The notes: generated by a model not told the origin, from the letters alone. Positions 1 through 9,805 are shown, counted from the stretch's first letter. The stretch is 64,000 nt of DNA from Nitrospirales bacterium (GCA_965215405.1 OZ244060.1:309833-373832); one strand, 5' to 3'. A program made the numbers and translations.

Positions 1-258
1 GCCATAAAACACGATCCTGGGATTGATCAAGACCGTCTCTTGAAAGGCATCCTCGCCTTCACATCGCATCACAACGAGTTGTTCCGACCGTGACACCTGG
101 GGAGCCGCCAACCCGATCCCATCGTTCTCGGACATCGTTTCAAACATATCGTCGATAAATCGTTGATAGGCGCGCGTGGGGATGATCGACGGATCAACCG
201 GCGAGGCGATTTTCCGCAAGACAGGATTCCCCATTTTTGCAATCGGCAAGGTTGCCAT
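1..258 (-). CDS. def: Peptide deformylase, N-terminal part (gene continues beyond the left window edge)
   Basis: Not in the ORF track because it is open at the edge. Reverse translation from ATG at 258-256 gives MATLPIAKMGNPVLRKIASPVD...MSENDGIGLAAPQVSRSEQLVV, which contains the GxGLAAxQ deformylase motif. GGGAGA Shine-Dalgarno just upstream. Confidence 0.85.
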   Translation of the reverse strand, partial: MATLPIAKMGNPVLRKIASPVDPSIIPTRAYQRFIDDMFETMSENDGIGLAAPQVSRSEQLVVMRCEGEDAFQETVLINPRIVFYG

Positions 259-323
259 CGTGGTCTCCCTTCAGGCCCACGCGTCAGGGCCTCGTTCTAT
301 CAGAGTCCTCAAAAACCGTATCA

Positions 324-1127
324 TCAGGAAACGGGTTCAGATTGTCGCGTGTTCGGCGGAGCCTGATGCTCCTTCAGGGTTTTATCCCACCATGCCCCCC
401 ATTCTTTGGCCCACGCGATTCGCTGCTCATGAGTCGAGCCTTGCCAATCACGTGGCGGTCCAACCCATCGAGTTAACCGCCAGAACGACTCAAGGGCCGT
501 GAGGGACACATATTTCTCCTGATCAGCCAGCAATTCAATGAGGAGCGACACCGCTTCCGGCCGTCTCACGTGCCGAGACCCAAAAGCCACGGCTCGCCGA
601 ATGGTATCCTGCTCATCCTTCACCAACTCCTGCAACGTTGACAGCGTCTCCATGGGTGCCAGCCGGATGGCCACGCGAAGGGCATGAGCCCGCACCCTCG
701 TGACTTCCCCGCTGTCCTTCGCCGTGTCGAGCAAAGCCGGCACGGCTTGTGGATCTTTAATAATCGACAGCGTTTCAATCGCATTATAGCGAAGTCGGCT
801 CCCAGGCAGTTTGAGGGCTTTCACCAGGACCGGCACGACCGGTTTTCCCAGGTGTACGAACTCAGCGATCACGTACAGTTCCTGCCGTCCTTCCAATAAA
901 GGCAACAAGGCTTCTGCCCGTTTCAGTTCCTTTTCAGAAAGGACTTCCGGAGCAGGGGTGGCTTGTTCGATTTCAGGAAATTCCGGCTGGGGTGGGGCAT
1001 CATAGGGGACTTGGACCGGAATAAGAGAAGCCGATCGAGAACCCGTTGCGCCAACGTCCGCCAGGGAGGACGACACACAAAGGAGGGTGCTGCACCCCAC
1101 CATGGCCCATACGATACCGACTCTCAT
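324..1127 (-). CDS. Exported HEAT/PBS-lyase-like repeat protein
   Basis: 267-aa ORF with a hydrophobic N-terminal signal (MRVGIVWAMVGCSTLLCVSSS). Repeated helical units with motifs such as PVLVKALK, RYNAIETL, AVPALLDTAKD and RVRAHALRVAI, typical of HEAT repeats. Confidence 0.6.
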   Translation of the reverse strand: MRVGIVWAMVGCSTLLCVSSSLADVGATGSRSASLIPVQVPYDAPPQPEFPEIEQATPAPEVLSEKELKRAEALLPLLEGRQELYVIAEFVHLGKPVVPVLVKALKLPGSRLRYNAIETLSIIKDPQAVPALLDTAKDSGEVTRVRAHALRVAIRLAPMETLSTLQELVKDEQDTIRRAVAFGSRHVRRPEAVSLLIELLADQEKYVSLTALESFWRLTRWVGPPRDWQGSTHEQRIAWAKEWGAWWDKTLKEHQAPPNTRQSEPVS

Positions 1128-1220
1128 ACGCCCTCTCCTTTTCCAGGAAATGATGAACGCTCCGTTCTTTCAGTCTAGTGTGTTCCCCTTGAGTGGGTCA
1201 AGGCAACGCGTCACCGGGTC

Positions 1221-1800
1221 GTGGCTCAGTTTGAAATGACGGCCTCGTCCTTGTTGAAACAAGGCCAAAAGAAACGGAGACCGGACAGGAAAAGAAATTC
1301 AAACGGAGCCACTCCCGAAAAAAGTCCGGAAGCCCTTGACTCCGGTAAGCGGTTGCCCCTCACCCGGCCTGACAACGGAAGGGGAACAGTTTCTGCCCGC
1401 CCAGGAAGCCCCGGTGGGCGCCGTTGAAGACTCTACCTCCCCTCACCCCTCCTTACAAAGGAGGGGGAAAGAAAGTCCGAACCTCCATCAGATGCCACTC
1501 GCCCCGATTGACAAGGCCGAGGAAAGGGAGAAAAAACCTCCCCTTTGTCAGGGGAGGAAAGGTGGGGGTGAGCCTCCCGCCTATGAAACCCCGGGGCACC
1601 GTTGAAGACTCTACCTCCCCTTACCCCTCCTTACAAAGGAGGGGAAAAGACTAAGCCTCCCCTTTGTAAGGGGAGGGAAGGAGGGGTAGAGCCTCCCGCC
1701 TATGAAACCCCGGAGCACCGTCGAAGACTCTACCTCCCCTGGCCCCTCCTTACAAAGGAGGGGAACAGTTTTTGTCCGCCCATGAAGCCCCGGGGGAGCG
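1221..1800. repeat. Interspersed repeat cluster, locus 1 (A-type element with extension 1221-~1385, then B-type nested palindromes incl. two tandem ~120-bp units 1535-1654 and 1655-1774)
   Basis: GTGGCTCAGTTTGAAAT...AAATTCAAACGGAGCCAC (1221-1312) recurs at 31318-31406 (inverted), 37442-37533 and 58671-58762. CCTCCCCTTTGTAAGGGGAGG / CCCCTCCTTACAAAGGAGGGG hairpin arms recur at all five loci. Confidence 0.9.
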
Positions 1801-2172
1801 CCGGGCGGCGGCGTTGGACGCACGTTCATGGATCGGGGACAGGAACGAGCAACGGGCCGGTCGCTCCACGCTGCTCATAACCGGATGGAGCATTGATCAC
1901 AACGTCACCATTCTTTAATCTTGGTCCTGTAAATGTTAGAATCAACGATTGAGTCATCATTGTAAACGTTCTGACGGAACGAGGGGCCGCGTGTCATCCT
2001 CGCGGGCTCCCTCCCGTCATCCTCGCAGGGTCCCCGATAACGCGCGTCGGGGACAGGGTCAGCGTGGCTCCGGGCCTTTCTCCTCTGCCTTTCATTGGGG
2101 CGGACCCGCCTGGAACAACGCCCTGGATTCCCGATTCACGCCGTCGGGAACGGCAGGGGGAGACAGCGGAAA

Positions 2173-2201
2173 TTGTCAACGAATGAGTGAACACGTACAA
2201 T
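2173..2201 (+). promoter_or_regulatory. Candidate sigma70-type promoter for the cupredoxin-like gene
   Basis: TTGTCA (2173-2178), 17-nt spacer, TACAAT (2196-2201). It lies ~40 nt upstream of ATG 2243, which has an AGGGGGAG Shine-Dalgarno. Confidence 0.4.
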
Positions 2202-2242
2202 CATGACGTTCATAACGATTTTATAGGGCAAAGGGGGAGCAT

Positions 2243-3154
2243 ATGAAATCCGTGATATTTCTCCTTGGCCTGGGATTGGCGATCGGACTGAGCACAAACC
2301 CAGGCTGGGGATACGAACAAAGCGCCGTATCCAACGGCGGAACCTTACAGGGAACAGTCAAGTTGCTCGGAGAAGTCCCCAAACCCAAGGGGTACAACCT
2401 CGTCACCTTGCCGGACGCAGTGTACTGCGGCCGCATCTCGACCGGAACGGGCTGGCGTCTGCTTCAACCCTTTGTCATCGGCCCTCAGGGCGGATTCAAA
2501 AACGTGGTCATTTACATTGGCAGTATCCACAAAGGGAAACCCTTCAGCTACGTCACGCCCAGGATTGAGGCGATCGACTGCAAATTCGAGCCGTATATCA
2601 CCATCGTTCGAGACAAACACGACGTCGAAGTGGTGAACATGGACCCGGTCTTTCATGATATTCAAGGATACGAAACCTCGAAGTTCGGAGCCCGAGTCCT
2701 CTTCAACGTTCCCTTGCCAATGAGCAAAAAACTGCAAAAAGAAGCCTTGCTTGCCGGCAAGACGGTCAAAGATCGAGCAGGCGAGGTCTTGACCCAACGC
2801 ATCAAAATGGGAAAACAGCGAAATCTGTTTGTAATGCAATGCGGATTTCACGCCTACATGGAAAGCTGGGGGTTTGCGGTCAAAAATCCCTACTACGCAC
2901 TCACGGCGAAAGACGGCTCGTATTCCATAACGGATATCCCGCCAGGAACCTATACGGTACAGGTCTGGCATCCGATGGTTCGCAAAGAATATACCGTGAC
3001 GATCAATCCCAACGACGTCACGGAACTGCAGATTGATATCGACGCGCCGAAGGGCCGACTCTACGCCAACGAAATCAGCGAAGGGACCCGCTTCGGAATG
3101 GAATTGCTTGGGGCCGCCACCATTAAACCCATTGTGGAACGCCAAACCTATTAA
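2243..3154 (+). CDS. Exported cupredoxin-like (putative type-1 copper) protein with C-terminal carboxypeptidase-regulatory-like beta-sandwich
   Basis: Signal peptide MKSVIFLLGLGLAIGLS. VEVVNMDPVFHDIQG supplies a His and QCGFHAYMESW gives a C-x2-H-x2-M ligand spacing as in amicyanin-type blue copper sites. The C-terminal DGSYSITDIPPGTYTVQVWHP is CarboxypepD_reg-like. Confidence 0.55.
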   Translation: MKSVIFLLGLGLAIGLSTNPGWGYEQSAVSNGGTLQGTVKLLGEVPKPKGYNLVTLPDAVYCGRISTGTGWRLLQPFVIGPQGGFKNVVIYIGSIHKGKPFSYVTPRIEAIDCKFEPYITIVRDKHDVEVVNMDPVFHDIQGYETSKFGARVLFNVPLPMSKKLQKEALLAGKTVKDRAGEVLTQRIKMGKQRNLFVMQCGFHAYMESWGFAVKNPYYALTAKDGSYSITDIPPGTYTVQVWHPMVRKEYTVTINPNDVTELQIDIDAPKGRLYANEISEGTRFGMELLGAATIKPIVERQTY

Positions 3155-3307
3155 GAGATCGTAACGGATTCCAGGTGCCGCGGTTCCGGAATCACCACGT
3201 CTTGACTGATAAGGAAGCCGCACAGGAGGTTCTTTTCGCCGGATTGCAGGCGAGGAGTCACCCTCTCCCGTCGTAAGGGGCAAGGGCACTGGGGAGGAGA
3301 TGGGAGC

Positions 3308-3715
3308 CTACGACAACCAGTTTTCCACGGAGAGGCCGGGGACCCCCTGGAAGTATTGGGGACGGGCGGAAACTATCGTGAGGTCCCGAACCAGCGCAAT
3401 GGCAGCAATACGCAGAGACGCCTCACTCACCGGTGTTCCCTGCCGCGCCGGTAACGCCCTTATTTCGCCGTAACGCCTCGCGGCCGAGGCATCGAAGGGC
3501 AGGATCTGCAGATTAGAGATGAGCCGTGTTTCGAGCTGACTCAGCAAGGCAGCCGAACGCTGACCCATACGGCACGCGCCGGCGCTCAACTCCCCAAGCG
3601 TGATGCTGGAGGTGAATTGATGCTCGGGAGGCACAGAGGCCAATTTTGCAATCAACGCGGTCGAGGGACAACGGCCCATCAGGTTGCTCAGAATATCCGT
3701 ATCCAGCAGGTACAT
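3308..3715 (-). CDS. vapC: PIN-domain protein, VapC-type toxin (possibly catalytically degenerate)
   Basis: MYLLDTDILSNLM N-terminus and the ...LRIAAIALVRDLTIVS... core are typical of VapC. Its start overlaps the stop of the upstream antitoxin gene (ATGA at 3715). Confidence 0.8.
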   Translation of the reverse strand: MYLLDTDILSNLMGRCPSTALIAKLASVPPEHQFTSSITLGELSAGACRMGQRSAALLSQLETRLISNLQILPFDASAARRYGEIRALPARQGTPVSEASLRIAAIALVRDLTIVSARPQYFQGVPGLSVENWLS

Positions 3716-4017
3716 CAGTCTTTCCTTTCAGCGTGACAGCCGGCGTCTCCGCCTCGCTCGGCATGGACGTCGGCAAGCAGAGAGTCCATATCCCGGTCTT
3801 CCACTTCATCCCAGGCACCGGCCAGACCCAAAGCTCCCAGGGAATCGGCAGAGGTCGTCTGCTTCTGCTCCATCAGCGCGAGAGCATCCACGCTGACCAA
3901 TGCCGCCAGGGGCTTGCCCCTTCTCTCAATGATAACGTGCTGGCCGCTATCCACCACATGGGACAGAAGAGCCGAAATTTCTTTTCTTAACTGTACAGTA
4001 CTGACTCTTTTGACCAT
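3715..4017 (-). CDS. Phd/YefM-family antitoxin
   Basis: MVKRVSTVQLRKEISALLSHVVDSGQHVIIERRGKPLAALVSVDALALMEQ matches the Phd/YefM N-terminal fold pattern. Acidic C-terminal tail. Translationally coupled to vapC. Confidence 0.8.
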   Translation of the reverse strand: MVKRVSTVQLRKEISALLSHVVDSGQHVIIERRGKPLAALVSVDALALMEQKQTTSADSLGALGLAGAWDEVEDRDMDSLLADVHAERGGDAGCHAERKD

Positions 4018-4038
4018 ATTTCACCCTTTTTAACAAAA

Positions 4039-4131
4039 TGTACATAATTGTTATTTATTTCAAATAATTTACATTTTTTCAATAATTATACATATTTATC
4101 ATAATTGTACAATATGTATTGTAATTGTACA
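4039..4131. promoter_or_regulatory. AT-rich array of ~19-20-bp degenerate repeats with TGTACA cores (candidate operator/promoter of the phd-vapC operon)
   Basis: AATT(G/A/T)TACA occurs at 4065-4073, 4084-4092, 4103-4111 and 4123-4131, with an inverted TGTACATAATT at 4039-4049. It lies immediately upstream of the minus-strand start at 4017. By eye this is the most AT-rich stretch of the window. Confidence 0.45.
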
Positions 4132-4209
4132 TTTTTATGGCCGCATGAGGCCTGCGTTGATATCTTCTCTGGCAATAGACACATTATCGACGGTTTTTTG
4201 CAGAAAAGC

Positions 4210-4347
4210 CTATGCATAGAAGATAACGACAGCATTGTTTCGATGCTTTGAGATGGCCTCTAAATGCTCTTTCAGTTTCTTATCAAGCCATCTGACAGGT
4301 TCGCGCTGAGATTGCAACAAGTGCAAAAGGTCGCTCCATGAAGCCAT
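4210..4347 (-). CDS. Hypothetical 45-aa ORF (below the ORF-track cutoff)
   Basis: ATG at 4347 is preceded by a GGAG Shine-Dalgarno and sits 11 nt after the stop of the 65-aa ORF. Translation: MASWSDLLHLLQSQREPVRWLDKKLKEHLEAISKHRNNAVVIFYA. No recognisable family. Confidence 0.3.
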   Translation of the reverse strand: MASWSDLLHLLQSQREPVRWLDKKLKEHLEAISKHRNNAVVIFYA

Positions 4348-4358
4348 GGTTACTCCAT

Positions 4359-4556
4359 TTACTCAATGTGAAAGGTATTTGTCGTCAGAGGACGTTCCGG
4401 GGTGGGAGGCTGATATTGTGTTTCTTCCTCAGCCTTCTGAATCGGCAACTTATACAGCTCGCTCACTTCCACGTATTGCTGGTACTGCTTTTTGACCTCT
4501 TCCAACGTCTTCAGGTAGTCATCCGAGACGTTTTCCATTTCGGTTCTTTCAGGCAT
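4359..4556 (-). CDS. Hypothetical 65-aa acidic protein
   Basis: ORF track; charged coiled-coil-like sequence (DDYLKTLEEVKKQYQQYVEVSELYK). Forms a compact pair with the 45-aa ORF. No family recognised. Confidence 0.4.
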   Translation of the reverse strand: MPERTEMENVSDDYLKTLEEVKKQYQQYVEVSELYKLPIQKAEEETQYQPPTPERPLTTNTFHIE

Positions 4557-4714
4557 GACTGTTCCCTCCTCATTGGCGAAAATCAGTCATAACGCATGGA
4601 AAATTTCAAGTTTCCCCGCCTCAGACGCGGGCGGTCTGAATTTTTCACTCGAAGTGCTAGGTCAACTCGAAGTTGGTCTCTACACGTCCAGAGGTTGTGT
4701 AGAGAAGTAGTGGG

Positions 4715-4870
4715 TTACGCTACGCCAACCCGACCGACGGCTTCGGCCTCTCCCCACACCCGTCGAATCGCCACCTGTATCTTCTTCTCGAAGTGCTCGA
4801 TTAGCTCGCGGTGGCAACAAAGGCTTGCTCGGCTTCGATCCCGGCAATGGTTTGAGGGATATCCGATAAT
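4715..4870 (-). pseudogene. hsdS: 3'-terminal remnant of a type I specificity (hsdS) gene, internally frameshifted
   Basis: Reverse translation gives DIPQTIAGIEAEQAFVATAS* and, in a second frame, RELIEHFEKKIQVAIRRVWGEAEAV...*. This parallels the C-terminus of the intact gene (IVAEIEAEQALVAANRELIERFEKKIRAAIERVWGE, 7313-7450). DNA similarity is visible (roughly three quarters identical by eye). Confidence 0.7.
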
Positions 4871-4919
4871 ATAATACTCACCCAAGGTTCGATACCACGA
4901 ATGAGGGCAGGGCAGTCAC

Positions 4920-4947
4920 TTGCATTTTTACTGAAATCTCCCATAAT
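4920..4947 (+). promoter_or_regulatory. Candidate promoter of the ATPase/Toprim-like operon
   Basis: TTGCAT (4920-4925), 16-nt spacer, CATAAT (4942-4947), ~80 nt upstream of ATG 5029, which has a GAAGGAAAG ribosome-binding region. Confidence 0.3.
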
Positions 4948-5028
4948 GAACGACGCCACTGGACTGGCGACTGAGTAAAAGATGGGGTAACGGGCACATC
5001 TGCGAAATGATCGAAGGAAAGACTGTTT

Positions 5029-6162
5029 ATGTACACAGAATCATCCGATACGGACCTCCATCTTCCTGAACTGTCGATCAAAGGATTTCGTGGAATCGCA
5101 GACCTTTCGATTCCACAGTTGGGCCGTGTGACGCTGATTGCAGGGAAAAATGGAGTCGGCAAGACCACTCTCCTTGATGCCGTCCGCATCTATGCAGCAC
5201 GCGGCAGCAATTTTGCTCTCACGGACGTATTACAGGACAGGGAAGAGCTTATTACTGCGGTTGCCGATGAGGACAGTGAAGAGTTATCAGCTCCTGATTT
5301 TGGGGCTCTCTTCCATGGCCGGAGCCTCTCGCCAGGGTCTCTCATATCAATAGGCCCTAATAGCGAAACAAAGCGACTCACCATCAGGGTTAGCCCGAAT
5401 TTGCACAAACCTGATATTTCCTCAACGAGTGATAAACCGTTACTTGAGATCGAATTTCAAGGTAAAAAAGAAGAGATTTTTATAGTCCCATGGCTTCCCT
5501 ACCGTGTACCACGTCGCATGCCGCAGGCTCACGAATCCAAGCTCCCACCTGCAATTCGATGTGAATCTTCAGGGCCGAGTTTAATGGACAACGAAAGCAT
5601 AGCGGGATTCTGGGACAGTGTAGCGCTTACGGATTATGAAACCCAAGCAGTACAGGCATTGCGATTGGTCTATGGCGACGAAGTAGACCGTGTTGCAATG
5701 GTTGGGGATGAAAAACGACCTCACCCGATCTATAATCGCCGCGCACTCTATGGCCCACTCTATGGTCGCCGGGCGGTCGTAAAGATAAAAAAGCAAGAGC
5801 GACCAGTTCCTTTGAAAAGCCTCGGTGACGGAGCCGTGCGCCTGTTCGGTGTCGCCTTGGCTCTTGCCAACAGCAAAGGCGGTTTCCTGGTTATCGACGA
5901 AGCTGAAAACGGTGTCCATCATTCGGTACAGCCCGACTTCTGGAAGATGATTATGCGAACGGCACACGATAACAACGTGCAGGTTCTCGCTACAACTCAT
6001 AGCTGGGACTGCGTGGCGGGTTTTGCACAAGCGGCAATAGATTCAGAGGAAGTAAACGGAGTTCTTATTCGCCTCGAGAAGGACATCGACGGAATTCGCG
6101 CCGTAGGATACTCTGAAGACAACCTCAAAGCCGCAGCCAAGCATGGTATCGAGGTCAGGTAA
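5029..6162 (+). CDS. ABC/SMC-like AAA ATPase (AAA_15/AAA_21-type; AriA / AbiLi / RloA / OLD-ATPase-like)
   Basis: Walker A GKNGVGKT; signature-like SLGDGAVRLFGVALAL; Walker B GFLVIDEAENGVH; H-loop ATTHS. The N-terminal ELSIKGFRGI is typical of RecF/SMC-like ATPases. Confidence 0.85.
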   Translation: MYTESSDTDLHLPELSIKGFRGIADLSIPQLGRVTLIAGKNGVGKTTLLDAVRIYAARGSNFALTDVLQDREELITAVADEDSEELSAPDFGALFHGRSLSPGSLISIGPNSETKRLTIRVSPNLHKPDISSTSDKPLLEIEFQGKKEEIFIVPWLPYRVPRRMPQAHESKLPPAIRCESSGPSLMDNESIAGFWDSVALTDYETQAVQALRLVYGDEVDRVAMVGDEKRPHPIYNRRALYGPLYGRRAVVKIKKQERPVPLKSLGDGAVRLFGVALALANSKGGFLVIDEAENGVHHSVQPDFWKMIMRTAHDNNVQVLATTHSWDCVAGFAQAAIDSEEVNGVLIRLEKDIDGIRAVGYSEDNLKAAAKHGIEVR

Positions 6163-6165
6163 TAT

Positions 6166-6795
6166 ATGGCTTTTCCCGGATCGGCTCCACCAGCCTCTCG
6201 CGTTCTTTTAGTCGAAGGACAAAACGACAAGCACGTTGTTCGGAATCTTCGCGACCGTCATCAACTCATGACAGATTTTGATATTCAGGATAGAGACGGC
6301 CTTGACCCACTGCTCGAAACCGTTGGTGCCGAGCTAAAGGTTCCAGGCCGTCAGGCCATCGGTATACTCGTGGATGCAAACGATGATTTGACTGCACGTT
6401 GGCAATCTGTCATTCATCGACTTTGGAAAGAGGATATCACAACGCCCCCGCAACCCGATCCCAAGGGAACGGTCATAGACACAATCGGAAAACCCCGCGT
6501 CGGCATCTGGATAATGCCCGATAATAAGTCAAGCGGAGAACTTGAAAAGTTTGTCGAGCAAATGATCCCTGACAGCGATCCGGTGTGGCCGTTGTCCCAG
6601 CACTACATCAACAAAATTCCTGTAGAAAACAGAAGGTTCACACAGACGAAGACACTACGAGCGAAGATCTATGCCTGGCTGGCGGCCAGAGAGGACCCGA
6701 GGCAAATGGGTTCCGCTATTGGCTCGCACGATTTGAACGTTGACGGCGTTCTCTGTCAGAACTTCCTTGGTTGGCTTAAGGCACTGTTCGCGTAG
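6166..6795 (+). CDS. Small Toprim-like protein (DUF4435 / DUF3226 / DUF4276 / RloB-type candidate), partner of the ATPase
   Basis: RVLLVEGQNDKHVV supplies a Toprim-style Glu and AIGILVDANDD a DxD-style acidic cluster. The start lies 3 nt after the ATPase stop. Confidence 0.65.
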   Translation: MAFPGSAPPASRVLLVEGQNDKHVVRNLRDRHQLMTDFDIQDRDGLDPLLETVGAELKVPGRQAIGILVDANDDLTARWQSVIHRLWKEDITTPPQPDPKGTVIDTIGKPRVGIWIMPDNKSSGELEKFVEQMIPDSDPVWPLSQHYINKIPVENRRFTQTKTLRAKIYAWLAAREDPRQMGSAIGSHDLNVDGVLCQNFLGWLKALFA

Positions 6796-6972
6796 GATCC
6801 GTCTCCGCTGGTGCACGTCTGTCATTTTCTTCCCGCACTCATGCCGATGGCCGCCTATATCCTGCCCCCATACACTACTCCATCAACTCCCGGTTAGCCG
6901 TGACAAGGGTTTACCTGGCGTCGGGCTCAAACGGGCATGGTCTGTTACGCGGCAAGAAAAATGAGGACAATC

Positions 6973-7131
6973 TCATTTTTCAGCAAATTTCCGTACGGCC
7001 TTCGGCACAAAAGCTGCCACCAGGAAATACAAGACGAGTTCAGTCTTGTTTCCGTTTGATCCCCACCCGAATACTTCCACAGTCGCCAAAAATCCAGCAA
7101 AAATCAATGACAACGGGGACATTAGTCGCAT
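6973..7131 (-). CDS. Possible 52-aa two-helix membrane peptide downstream of hsdM-S
   Basis: Internal ATG of the 88-aa ORF: MRLMSPLSLIFAGFLATVEVFGWGSNGNKTELVLYFLVAAFVPKAVRKFAEK. Two hydrophobic segments. Weak ribosome-binding context. Confidence 0.3.
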   Translation of the reverse strand: MRLMSPLSLIFAGFLATVEVFGWGSNGNKTELVLYFLVAAFVPKAVRKFAEK

Positions 7132-7258
7132 AGACGACGGATTCCCTTGATCATCCGATAGAAAGGTTTGCAATTGTTTGGGGCAGGGCCGCGTGTCTGA
7201 GATTCGCTCACAGCAAGTCCTCCATATTGACCACGTCAATAAGGCTCACAGCCTTACG

Positions 7259-7280
7259 TTGAGAAACTATTGTTTCTCAA
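7259..7280. other. Perfect 9-bp inverted repeat hairpin just downstream of the hsdM-S stop
   Basis: TTGAGAAAC-TATT-GTTTCTCAA. No U-tract follows, so its function (terminator or binding site) is open. Confidence 0.35.
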
Positions 7281-7312
7281 GCCGCACATCCAAGCCATAG
7301 AACACAAGCTAA

Positions 7313-9805
<2,493 letters not shown>

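Noticed and set aside
1424-1780. The regularly spaced repeats looked at first like a CRISPR array.
   Set aside because: The 'spacers' are themselves conserved between units, the repeats occur in both orientations forming large palindromes, the unit is ~120 bp, and no cas genes are present.
1221-1880. ORF-track peptides in the repeat loci (e.g. MAQFEMTASSLLKQ…, MKTLPPLTPPYKGG…, also at 37248-37634 and 58671-59013) as real small proteins.
   Set aside because: They are translations of the A/B-type repeats in whatever frame happens to be open. The same DNA occurs in both orientations and lacks ribosome-binding sites.
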